Below are positions 31,058-41,619 of a stretch of 45,516 bases of DNA, piece after piece (within the stretch, counting starts at the first letter, position 1; every line of letters starts with the position of its first letter). Both the position numbers and the translations under genes were made by a program. This DNA comes from Thecamonas trahens ATCC 50062. Taxonomy: Eukaryota > Protista > Apusomonadida. The notes under the pieces were generated by a model. It had not been told where the DNA came from. It searched no databases and worked only from the letters and a program-made list of their open reading frames with translations. The DNA lies in NCBI RefSeq assembly GCF_000142905.1, contig NW_013657639.1:161255-206770 (forward strand). The letters are read 5' to 3'.

Positions 31058-32848
31058 ATGCAAACCATAGCCGCCCGGTTTGTACGAGCATGTGACACCG
31101 GTGACACTGAAGGCGCCCAGCGGATGCTGGCTACAGCAGAGGTGGGCTTTGACGTCAACGCGCTGGTGGCACTCGCCTGGCGACCGGCGGTGAAGCAGCG
31201 GACATGGAAGGCATCGGGCGTGCACTGTGTGTGCGAGCACGGCCATCTGGAGCTGCTGAAGCAAATATGCGAGGACTTGCCGAGCCATACCGAAGCGGTT
31301 GATGTCGATCGTGGTGACTCGTTCGGCTTCACCCCGCTCTGCCTCGCCGCCTACTACGGCCGCTTCGACGTCGTCCGCTACCTGGTCGCCCACGCCGGCG
31401 CCGATGTGGAGCGGACGACCAAGAAGGGCTTCACTGCCCTCCTCTTTGCCGCTCAGGAAGGTCACTTTCGCATCGTCCGCTATCTCATTGCAGACGCTGG
31501 CGCCAACGTTGCCGTCCGCGCCATCGAGGGCCAGACCCTCATCTACATCGCCGCCATGAAGGGCCACCTGACCATCGTCAAGTTCCTTATGGACGCCGTG
31601 GGCCCAGCCGTGCTGGACATTGCTGTCGGCGAGAAGAACGGGTTCACCGCCCTCCATGTCGCCGCCCAGCAGGGTCAGCTCCACGTCCTCCGCTACCTCC
31701 TCGATCGCGTGCCGGAGCTCCTCAACGTCAACGTCCAGTCGTCGTTTGGCTCAACTCCGGTCTACCTCGCCGCCAAAAAGGGCAAGCTGCTGGTGGTGCG
31801 CTACCTCGTTGAGCACACCGACGCCGACCTGACCATTGCCACTGACAAGGGCTTCATTGCCATCCACATCGCAGCTCAGGAGGGCCACCTCGCCGTGGTG
31901 CGTTACCTCGTCGACGAGGCAGGCATCTCGGTCGACGCCCTCGCACAGCAAGGACAAACACCGGCATACCTCGCCGCCTTTTACGGCCGGCTTGACGTCC
32001 TGCGATTTGTCGTCTCGCGCGGCGCCCTACTTGACCTCCGTGAGCGCTCGGGCTACTCGGCCCTACATGTGGCGGCGTACGAGGGCCAATTGGACGTTGT
32101 CAAGTTCCTGGTCGAGGCCGCCGGCGTCTCGCCGAACATCCTCACCTCCAACGGACAGTCGCCGTTGTACATCGCCTGCAAGAAGGGCCGGGTCGCTGAG
32201 GCCGGCTTCCTGCTCACACACCCGGACATCGACGTCGAGCTCGCCCAGCGGCAGGGCTTCAACCCGCTGCTCATTGCCGCCCAGGAAGGTCACCTCGAAC
32301 TGGTTGGCATGCTCGTAGCCGCAGGCGCCGCCCTCGACGCCACCACGCTCGACGGCCAGACCGCTCTCTACATCGCCTGCAAGGACGATCGGGCCGATAT
32401 GGTCAAGCTGCTGCTCCACGAGCACCACATCCGCTCTGTCCCCGCTCGGCTCAGTCCCGCCCGGTCGATTGCCCGCAAGAAGAGCGCGTCGACCGCGGCC
32501 GCCATCCTTGACTGGTACATCGCCATCCAGACCCTGACCACCGGCTGGCGGCCCGAGTGGTTCTTGTGGCTCCCGCAGCCGGTCCGTGCCGCCGTCCGCT
32601 CGGTGATGCTTGTCATCGAGACTCGCCCGACCTCGGCGTTGTACATGCTCCGCGGCCACGACGATGCCATCCACACCTTGCTCTCGTGGCTGGTCACTCC
32701 CGGGGGCTGGGGCGTCTACAACGTGGCTCTCGCCGAAGAGACGGTGCTGTTTGGCGACGGACCCGACTCCACCTTCTCGGCCCCTACCGACGCGTCCACC
32801 GCCATCGTGCCCGACGACGCCTGCGTCCAGCCCAACGCCAGCACGTGA
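31058..32848 (+). CDS. Ankyrin-repeat protein (about 12-13 repeats)
   Basis: Repeated G.T(P/A)L..AA..G...VV.YL motifs. ATG taken at 31058 (MQTIAARF); the longer ORF-track start overlaps the LIM gene. Confidence 0.93.
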   Translation: MQTIAARFVRACDTGDTEGAQRMLATAEVGFDVNALVALAWRPAVKQRTWKASGVHCVCEHGHLELLKQICEDLPSHTEAVDVDRGDSFGFTPLCLAAYYGRFDVVRYLVAHAGADVERTTKKGFTALLFAAQEGHFRIVRYLIADAGANVAVRAIEGQTLIYIAAMKGHLTIVKFLMDAVGPAVLDIAVGEKNGFTALHVAAQQGQLHVLRYLLDRVPELLNVNVQSSFGSTPVYLAAKKGKLLVVRYLVEHTDADLTIATDKGFIAIHIAAQEGHLAVVRYLVDEAGISVDALAQQGQTPAYLAAFYGRLDVLRFVVSRGALLDLRERSGYSALHVAAYEGQLDVVKFLVEAAGVSPNILTSNGQSPLYIACKKGRVAEAGFLLTHPDIDVELAQRQGFNPLLIAAQEGHLELVGMLVAAGAALDATTLDGQTALYIACKDDRADMVKLLLHEHHIRSVPARLSPARSIARKKSASTAAAILDWYIAIQTLTTGWRPEWFLWLPQPVRAAVRSVMLVIETRPTSALYMLRGHDDAIHTLLSWLVTPGGWGVYNVALAEETVLFGDGPDSTFSAPTDASTAIVPDDACVQPNAST

Positions 32849-32868
32849 ACCAGGTCATGTTCAGAGGC

Positions 32869-33630
32869 TTAGATCAACCATGGAATGACTCGATGCGGGA
32901 CCCGGAGCTCGTATGCCCTGTACATGGCTGCCAGCCGCGGCGGGCCGCTGGTAAACGCAGCCTCGTCGGCGGCGACACCGACCACTAGCTGCGAGCCCAG
33001 GAGTAGCGCCAGCGCCGTGTACAGCATCACCGGACACACGCCCTGGTTGAGGGCCACAAGCGCCACAGCGCCGACGCCTGCATGTGCCAGCCGGACTGGA
33101 TGCCGGATGATGGAGAACGGCGTGGCGTACGGCATCCGCCACGGGCGCTCGCGTCCGGCCGCCGCCGCCGTTGCTGCCGCCGCCAGCGACCAGTTCATCG
33201 TAGCCGCCGCCGCCTTGCGAAGCAGTAGGCTTCCAAGGCCGACCACCGCCAGGCCAGTAAGAGTGACCGAGTCGACAGCAATCGGAGGCAGCGGGAAGGC
33301 TGAGCAATGAGGCATCAAGAGCGGCCCAAGTGGCGGAACGACCGGGGCGAGGGCAGCGGCGACTGCCATGACGACAAGGACCGTCTCGAAAGCGGCCATC
33401 GTCAGCTGATGCGAGAGCGGAAGGCGGCGTTGAAGCGCATGCGTGTCGCGATAGACAAAGCCAGCAAGGGCCGTGTGGACCAGAACCAGATTAGCTGCCG
33501 CCTGAGCGAGCGGGATCGAGTACGTGGGACCAGCAGCAGCAGCCAGACTGGCCGGGCCGGGAACTGTCGAGAGGATGACGAGAACAACGACAGCTGCAGC
33601 CGTCACCGACAGCCCCAACCAGTAGAGCAT
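32869..33630 (-). CDS. Polytopic membrane protein of the ICMT/PEMT/ERG4-ERG24 fold
   Basis: Several TM segments, PFSIIRHP, and a C-terminal DE......Y.AY..RVPHRVIPWL typical of this superfamily. The N-terminus is uncertain. Confidence 0.6.
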   Translation of the reverse strand: MLYWLGLSVTAAAVVVLVILSTVPGPASLAAAAGPTYSIPLAQAAANLVLVHTALAGFVYRDTHALQRRLPLSHQLTMAAFETVLVVMAVAAALAPVVPPLGPLLMPHCSAFPLPPIAVDSVTLTGLAVVGLGSLLLRKAAAATMNWSLAAAATAAAAGRERPWRMPYATPFSIIRHPVRLAHAGVGAVALVALNQGVCPVMLYTALALLLGSQLVVGVAADEAAFTSGPPRLAAMYRAYELRVPHRVIPWLI

Positions 33631-34187
33631 TGGAGTTGGAGCAAGTGAGTATAGAGCGAGTTCGGGTCAAGTGGGTCCGTACCACCGCCACTGTCCGCTG
33701 CAGGGATGGCGCGCCCGAGTCGGGCGGGACTGAGTCTGTGACGAGGCGGGAAGAAAGAGAGGCGGGAAAGGGGTACAGCACAGATCCGAGCACAGGCGAT
33801 TCCGGCCGGAGAGGGCTACACGGGCGATCAATGACTTGGACGGAGAGAAGCAGAGAAAGTGTACCACACACTGTGTAGTACAACGAGAGCTGATCCCCCC
33901 CTTCTACATCTCCATCGCAAGTGGAGGCTGGCGCTTCTCTTCTCATCGCTCTCCTTTGCCTCTCCTCCAGATCATGATCAGAATGCGTGTGCTTCCACAT
34001 GTTGTGATGCGCAGTTGTTTAGATGACTTTCTGTGGCTAACGTCTGAGTGCGCTTTGCTTGGCGCCCGGCGGCTGCGGCCGAGGCGCTTGCCCGCCACCG
34101 GCTGCCGCCCCCGCCCGGCGGTCAGCAAGACCAAGCACACGCGCACACTGACACACTCGACTCGGACAGCACAGCAGACGGAAGGGG

Positions 34188-35467
34188 ATGGACGAGTCAC
34201 GGAAGCGGAGGCGGGAGGACGGGGCCAGAGGTGGTGGACAGGGACCGGGCGGGAAGAAGGCCCGTGGACTGGCGGCGACTGTGGTGGCCTCGCACTACGA
34301 CGCCCAGGCGAGAGAGACGCTGCGGGATCGGGCATCGTCACAGATTCTCAAACTGCGGCAGTTCAACAACTGGACAAAGTCAGTTCTCATCGCTACCTTT
34401 CTGCGCTGGCCAGGCTTCCACGTCCTCGATGTGGCGGCTGGCAAGGGTGGTGATCTGCACAAGTTTGAGCTCGCCGGAGTGGCTTCCTGGACCGCTGTCG
34501 ACATCTCGGCCGCATCCATCCACGAGGCTGCACGGCGGTACTCCAAGTCGCGCGAGCCGCGGGCCTTTGGCGCTCGACTGTTTGTGGCGGACTGTGCCGC
34601 CGTCCCGCTCTGGCATCGGACCACCCGCGCCCATCTGGTCAAGGTCGCCAACGATGCCCGCCCGCCAGCTCTTGCCGCCGACATGCGGTACCCGCCCGAC
34701 TATGCACCGTTTGCCTTTGATCTGGCCTCGTGCCAGTTTGCGCTGCACTACTCGTTCCGTTCCGAGCGCGCCGCGCATGTGTTCATGGACAACATCGCCG
34801 CCAAGCTCAAGCCTGGCGGATACTTTATCTCCACCATTGTCGACGCCACTGTCCTCGCCGCCCGGCTAGCCAGGGTTCGCGGCGTCTCGCCGGGCGCCAC
34901 CGGCTTCGGTAACTCGATCTACTCGGTCCGCTTCAAACCAGATGTCGCCGATGCCTTGATGGCCGGCACTGTTCCGCCCTTTGGCGCCGAGTACCACTTT
35001 ACCCTCTCCGACGTCGTCGACTGCCCCGAGTTTGTGGTCGACTTTAACGTCCTGGTTGCCATTGCCAAGGCTCATGGCCTCGCCTTTTCCTTCAAGGCCG
35101 GTTTTATGGACTTTTACGCCCAGAACCGCGAGTCGCCGCACTTTAGCAACCTGCTCCGCCGCCTCCGCCTCGTCGGCCACAATGGCCAGCTCCTCCTCTC
35201 GCCACAGGAGATCGAAGCCGCCTCCATTTACATGGTCTGCGCCTTTCAGCGCCCGGGCAAGCTTGTCCTCACCGAGCCCAAACGCCGCGCCTTTTCGCAG
35301 TTCCCGCCAGAGGCCGTCGCCGACCTCGATCCCGCCGTCTTTGGCGTTGACATCCTCCGCCCGATACAGCCCGCCGCCAGCACGACTGCGGCTGCGGCCA
35401 CGACGCCGACTACCACGACCACAACTACTGCTACTTCCTCGGCTCCACCTCCTCCCTCGACATCGTC

Positions 35468-35498
<31 letters not shown>

Positions 35499-35582
35499 GC
35501 AGCAGCAGCAACAACAACATCGACTCCCGGACCGTCGACCACCACCGCGCCGCCAGCATCGCAACCTCCCGCGCCGCAGTAA
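34188..35582 (+). CDS. RNMT: mRNA cap guanine-N7 methyltransferase
   Basis: VASHYD, R..SQILKLRQFNNWTKSVLI, VLDVAAGKGGDLHK, FDLASCQFALHYSF, LKPGGYFI.T, FG..Y.F.L...VDCPEF.V. Confidence 0.96.
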
Positions 35583-35774
35583 ACCAAACATACCCATCTC
35601 CTCCCCAAAACTACCGCATCGGCTGTCACGTGCGTCATCACCCGCGTGTGCGCCTGTCATGCGACACGCCGATTGGCGGCAGCGAGCGCGACCTGCTGTT
35701 GCTTAGCCAGGTAGAGGGAGAGGGGGAAAAGTGAGACACACTCAACTCAGCCAAATACACAAGACCATTTGATC

Positions 35775-37538
35775 ATGACTATGGACCGTGTGATGAGCCT
35801 GGTGGCAATTGTGGGAGTCTTGGCTGTGGTGCTGGTGGCGGAGCCGGTGGTGAGCAAGTCGGCGTTGGTGGCACCTGGCTGGGAGGTGGACGAGGTCAAC
35901 CCGCCACCTGGAGTGCCAACTGATTCGGGCGTGCTGTTTGGAGCACGATATGTGCACAAAGAGAGTGGTACCGCTGCAGCAGTCTACCTTGGAGTCCCGT
36001 TTGCCCTGCCACCTACCGGTGAGCGGAGGTGGAAGTCGCCGCAGCCGCTGCCCGGCTCTGTCAGACACACCATCATCAATGCCACCTACTTTGGACCGTC
36101 GTGCATGCAGCTCTCCTCAGTCGTACCGCCCGATCAACAGTCGGAGGACTGTCTCTATCTCAATGTCTTTGTGCCAGAAACGGCTCTGAGTGGTGGTCCC
36201 ACCACGCCAGTCATGGAGTTTATCTACGGCGGCTCGTTCGTCTCGGGCTCGTCCTGGACTCTTGACGGCTTCTACACTGGCCTCAACCTCACCCTCTCGG
36301 ACGTCATCGTGGTGACCATGAACTACCGCCTCGGCCCCTTTGGCTTCCTTGCCACGCATGCTGCGCTCGCCGAGGCCGGATCCGTCGGTAACTACGGCCT
36401 CGAGGACCAGACGCTGGCCATGCAGTGGACGGCGGCAAACATTGCCGGCTTTGGCGGCGACCCGAAGCTTATCACGCTCTTTGGCGAGTCGGCCGGCGCC
36501 ATTTCAGTCTGCTACCATCTTGCTTGGCACGCCTCGTCCGAGGCCGGGCTCTTCTCGCAGGTCATCATGGAGTCGCCGGACTGCAACACGGTTGTGCCGC
36601 TGCAGGCGGCGCTGGTGCAGGGCGCGTCGTTTGCCACCGCTGTGAACTGCCCGCCCGGCAATCCGGCTCAGCAGCTGGCATGCATGCGCAACGTGTCGAC
36701 CGACGCCGTCCTGCACGCACTCCCGCTCGCGCCGCTCGGCACCGCCGACGGCGCATCGTACTCGCCGGTCCTCGACGGCAAGATTGTTGTCGCACCGCCG
36801 AACATGCTGCTGAGCAAGCATGTCGAGCCAGACGTGCCGGTTATCACTGGCACCAATGCACAGTCGTGCACGCTGTTTGTCATGCGGGTGACAGCAATGC
36901 GCGAAATGACTAGCGCCACGCTCGCCAAGCTCGTCGCCGCGCTCTGGCCCAAGGACGTGGACCAGATCCTGGCACACTACCCGCTCTCGCAATACTCGCT
37001 CGTTCCACCGGCTTCAGCTTGGGCACAGATACTTTCGGACTACATCTTTGTCTGCCCGACGCGGGTGACGTCTTCCATCCTCGCCGACGGCGGCGCGGAT
37101 GCCTTCCTCTACAAGTTTGCGTATGTGCCTGACTGCGACATTTTCCCGCCGGACCTGCACAAGTACCTCGGAGCGTACCACTTTGCCGAGATTCCGCTGG
37201 TGTTTGGCAACCCGCCGCTCATTCCGCCGGTCCCGTGCACGTGGTCGCCGTCGGACCGGAACGTCTCGCTCGCCATGCGCCACATCTGGACTGGCTTTGC
37301 GCACGCCGAGCTCCCATCGTCACTTGTCGACTGGCCAGCCTACAACACCACAGCGCGCCCACTGTACATCATTGACGAGGCGTCATCGCTCGACCACAAC
37401 TACCGTGGTCAACTTTGCGACTTTTGGGCCAACATCCCGCCGCCGTCGGTCATCGCCGACAGCCACGCCCTTGCTCGCCCAGCCCTCCTCCAAGCTCTCG
37501 CAACCTCGCCCGAGCACATCCTTGCGCTCATCGGCTGA
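35775..37538 (+). CDS. Secreted type-B carboxylesterase/cholinesterase-like alpha/beta hydrolase
   Basis: Signal peptide; YLGVPFALPPTGERRW..P, SEDCLYLNVF, FIYGGSF..G, NYRLGPFGFL, GNYGLEDQ, FGGDP..ITLFGESAGA, GAYHFAEI. Confidence 0.95.
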   Translation: MTMDRVMSLVAIVGVLAVVLVAEPVVSKSALVAPGWEVDEVNPPPGVPTDSGVLFGARYVHKESGTAAAVYLGVPFALPPTGERRWKSPQPLPGSVRHTIINATYFGPSCMQLSSVVPPDQQSEDCLYLNVFVPETALSGGPTTPVMEFIYGGSFVSGSSWTLDGFYTGLNLTLSDVIVVTMNYRLGPFGFLATHAALAEAGSVGNYGLEDQTLAMQWTAANIAGFGGDPKLITLFGESAGAISVCYHLAWHASSEAGLFSQVIMESPDCNTVVPLQAALVQGASFATAVNCPPGNPAQQLACMRNVSTDAVLHALPLAPLGTADGASYSPVLDGKIVVAPPNMLLSKHVEPDVPVITGTNAQSCTLFVMRVTAMREMTSATLAKLVAALWPKDVDQILAHYPLSQYSLVPPASAWAQILSDYIFVCPTRVTSSILADGGADAFLYKFAYVPDCDIFPPDLHKYLGAYHFAEIPLVFGNPPLIPPVPCTWSPSDRNVSLAMRHIWTGFAHAELPSSLVDWPAYNTTARPLYIIDEASSLDHNYRGQLCDFWANIPPPSVIADSHALARPALLQALATSPEHILALIG

Positions 37539-37736
37539 GCGCCAGTAATTAGTAGCCACACTGCGTCCATTCTAGCCGCCACGCGGCGCAATGAACTCAA
37601 GTTTGCTCCCTCCCTCGTCGCTGCGAGCTGCGCGAGTTACCTCAGTTCGCGGCAAGTGGCAGGCGGCGCCCGTTTCCGGCTCGACGGCAGCCACCTGACT
37701 TGCGGCGAGTAGCAAGGGAGCGAGTCAGACGGCAGA

Positions 37737-39376
37737 ATGGAACCAGTGAGCGTGGAGGGAGGTGTGGACGAGCTCAAGGCACTCTGTCGTGATTCCCGTA
37801 CAGAGTGGGTCATGGGCCTGGCCGAGGCTGTCAACGGGACCGAGGTCGACGGGTGGACGTTTAAGAAAATGAAGCAGAACGTGGAGGTACGACGGGGGCC
37901 GCACCAGGGCAGGCCAGCAGCAGCATGGCGCGCGGCGGGGGGGGGGGGGGGAGGGGAGGCTGCAGCAGGGAGGATACTTATGGATGATGTGGATGATGGG
38001 TGGGGGGCGATGGCGATTTGTGCGTGTGCTTGTGTGTCGGGGGGTGTAGATCTGGGTCAAGGACATTCCGGACTGCCCGCTCAAGTTCTGGAAGGGTAGG
38101 TGGTGATGGTGACGGAGAGGTCGACGACGGTGAGGCGCAACGTTGTGGTGGGGTGGGGTGGGATTGGGTAGGAGCTCGGTGTGGCTGTGGGGGTTGGAGG
38201 GGCGTGGAATGGTGTGGGCGCGCGGGCAAGGACAAGATGTGGGCTTTGACATCCTGGCGGGAGATCGAGAGGCGCGGATGTTACTTCGGCACGAGATCGG
38301 GTGGACGAAGGAGAGGGAAGGGTACAACGGTTGTATAGGTGAGATCGAGCAGGCCCGGAGCCACTACAGAGCACAGGCGTACCAGACTCACGTGATGGCG
38401 ATGTTGAACAGGGCGAGGAGTGATCAAGGCCTCGGCGCAGTACACGTTCGACTACATTCGTGAGATCTCCAACGTGCCCGAGTATGACAAGATGGCGATC
38501 GATGCCTACCATGTACGCAGAGGTTTGGAGGCTTGAGTGGGAGCGGGTGGGCGGGGGATGCGGGCTAGAGGGAGGCGCGGGTGAGTGACTCACCTATCGA
38601 CATGCTGCTCGTGCTGTTTGCTGGCACAGACGGAGCAGTTTATGGACCAGTACGCGTTCCAGTACAACTCGTACTCGTCGGGCTTTCCAGGCGTCTCCAA
38701 CCGTGATTTCATGCTGTTTGCTTCCGAGGTGTGGATGAAATCGGGCGACTTTGCGGTGGTGACCAACTCAATCGAGCATCCGGACTTTCCGCCGGCGCCC
38801 GGCTTTGTCCGCGGTGTCGTCAAGAACTCGGGCCTGTATGTGGAGGAGTGTGGGCAGGGAGATCGTGAGTGCATTGTGACGTATGTGGTCCAGCTCGACC
38901 CGAAGGGCATGATCCCGTCGTGGGTGGCCAACATTGTGGCGATCAACCAGCCGCTGGTTGTCTCCCAGATTCGCAATGCCATCGAAGCCCGCAAGAAGCG
39001 CGGCGAGAATGTCTTTGTGCCGCGCGCACCCCCTCCCGATTACGCTATCCTCGAGCCCGCCGAGTCTGGCGAGTCGGCGCCGATCGTCGCTGAGACAGCC
39101 GCCGCTCCGATCCCGGACAATGCATCGATGTACTCTTACGATTACTCGTACGAGGGTTACGAAGACGAGGGCAACGACGGCGACACTAACGTTCGCCGTG
39201 CCAATGCCAATGACCTCGCCATGCTCAAGGCGCTGGAGGCAAAAGTCGATGGCACGCGCAGTCGGGTTGAGGAGGCCGAGGCCACCGTCGCCGAGCTCGA
39301 GCGGCAGCTCAACAGGCTCCACGCTCGCGCCCGCGAGTCACAGCAGTCATCGCACTCGTGCTGTGCCATCCAGTAG
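37737..39376 (+). CDS. START lipid-transfer domain protein with coiled coil and C-terminal CaaX
   Basis: Four frame-consistent exons: 37737-37886, 38050-38095, 38412-38512, 38630-39376. START motifs W......V.IW, VSNRDF, SIEHPDFPP..GFVRG, VTYVVQLDPKGMIPSWVAN. Ends in SCCAIQ*. Confidence 0.9.
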
Positions 39377-39420
39377 CGCATTCCAGTTTACCCACTCTAA
39401 AACCTCGTACTTGGACGGCA

Positions 39421-41414
39421 CTACGGCGTCTGCGCATCGCGCTTGGCGGCGGCGGCCGCCGCCGACGCCTTGAGGCGGCCTTTGAGCTTGGAGCCAAACG
39501 ACTTGGTACTCGCCGCAAACTTGCGACCCATTAGCCCGGCCCGGCCCGAAATCGACGTCGGCGACGACGGCTCGTCGCTGCTGGGTGGCGCCGCAGATGC
39601 CAGCGACGCGCCGGCATCAATCGGTGCCGGCGTATAGGTCGCCGCTGTCGCTGTCACCGGCGCTGCAGGCTTGCGCTGAGTCACGGTACCAGCCGCCGGC
39701 CGTCGCGCAGCGGTCGAGGCCTCGGTAGACTCGACCGCCCCGCCACCCGACGCCTTCATCATGGCGTGGATGGCGGAAAAGTCAAATGCTTCGACGGCGG
39801 GTGCAGAACCAGCCGCGGTGTCGGCGATGTCGACGTCAGCGCTCGCGTCGCCCTGGCCGTCGCCATCGACGAGAACAAACGAGTCGCCAAGCGCATCGCC
39901 CGAGCTTGCTGTCGGCGACGGCGTGCTCGACGGGGGCGCGGCCGGCGACTGGGGAGCGGACACGAGTGCAACCTCCACGTCGACGCCAAGAGCTGCGAGG
40001 ACCGAGGCGTGTGAGGTGTGGAGGCGCGACGAGACCGGGGCACCCGCCGACGGCGCGCCGGCATCGGTGGGCACCGAGACGCGGCCATGGATGAGATCGA
40101 GGACGGCGCGCGACGAGTCCGAGTCAAAGCCGCCGACGGCGTTGCGGAGCACGTTGTTCGGCTCGTCGGCTCGTCGTAGCCGCCAGGAAGCGGGATGCAG
40201 TCCATTTCGGGCAGGCAAATGACATCGACGAGTTCGGCCTTGATGCGGTCGACAATGATGTCGGTGATGTCGGGGATGTTGATGTTGTACGCGGTGCCGA
40301 GCACGGTGTCGACCTCCATGGCAATGTCAGGCTGCTCGTAAAAGCCGAGCCATATCCGCTGCGATGGCGGCGGCGCAATGTGGACAAGGACATGGCCAGA
40401 AAACCTCGTGATGCGGAGCGAAATGCAGATTGGGATCTCAACGGTAAAGACGGAGATGACCGGCTCGAGAATGATGTGGACACCACCGTGGTACTCAAAC
40501 GCGCCCTCGACCTCGATGCGGCCGTCGGGCCCGACGTCCAGCAGCTTGGCCCACTGGAGCAGCGGCACGTTGGGCCCGATCTCAAAGTGCTTGACGTGGA
40601 TGGCCTCGACCATCTTGGGCAGCTTGACCTTGGCGATCTTCTTCTCGATGAGCCGCTTGAAAAACGCCACCATTTTGGCGTTGTAGTGTGCGGTCCAGAA
40701 CATGCGTCCCACGAGCGCGTTGAACCAGGCAACCGGGCGCACAGCGTCGGTCGACTCGAGGCGCGCAGCCCATGGGCCAAAGTGGTCTCTGGCCTTGGTC
40801 CGGAACATGGCATCGAGCGCCAAGCACGCATTGTCACCGAGCGCAACCGCCCGCTCCAGGGCCAGCATCCATGCTTCCTTCTCGCGAGCCGAGACAAAGT
40901 ACAGGTCGACAGCCTCGTCCATGCCCCAGATCGGGCGATCTGGGTGGACGAGGCGCAGCGGGAACTTGGGCGAGAGCTGACGCGAGATCGACGTGGCATC
41001 GGCCGGGAGCATGACAATCTGCGCGCCGTCGACCCGGATCACGTCTTGGTGTGCTGTCTTGGCCGACGACGCAAACAGGACGAGCATGTTGTTGTGCAGG
41101 ACGCCGTGCTTGAAGCCAGCAGTCGCGCCAGAGCCGGCCTCTCCGCCCAGCTTGGGCGCCCCGACAGGCACCGCCACAATGGCACCCTCAAACACCATAT
41201 CCTCAGCCGCCTTGATCACCGCCTCTCCGGCCAGAGACCGCAGATGCCCCTCGGGCGACCAGTCGGACGCAGCCACCCGTTCCGCCCGTCGAGCCTCGGC
41301 AGCAGGTCCGGCAATGGGTGTGGTGAGCAGGTAGCGGAGGGCGGCAAGGAGGCCCACCACCGCCGTCAGTGCGCCCAGCACAAAGGTCGCCGCAAGTGTC
41401 GTCAGCCACCCCAT
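39421..41414 (-). CDS. TEX2/Nvj2-like protein: N-terminal TM, PH-like domain, SMP lipid-transfer domain, disordered tail
   Basis: TM at the N-terminus; PH end LYFVSAREKEAWMLAL; SMP motifs WFNALVGRMFW, IEKKIAKVKLP, IGPNVP, EYHGG, IAPPPSQRIWLGF..QP, ICLPEMDCI. Frame change at about 40160-40176 continues to the stop at 39421. Confidence 0.87.
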
Positions 41415-41619
41415 TGTGTGTTGGTCTGTGGGAGGGGTGTGGGTGGCGGGTGGGGTGGCGGGTGGAGGGGGGGGTGAGGGGAGGGGGCTGCCGGGCTGCC
41501 GGGTTCCATGGTTGGGCAAGTCGCTCAAGTCAATGAAGCCCAATCATGACCATGATTGTTATCAGCAGCCATATGGGCAGGGGCAGAAGTAGTAGCATCA
41601 TCAAGAGTAGAAGCATGAG

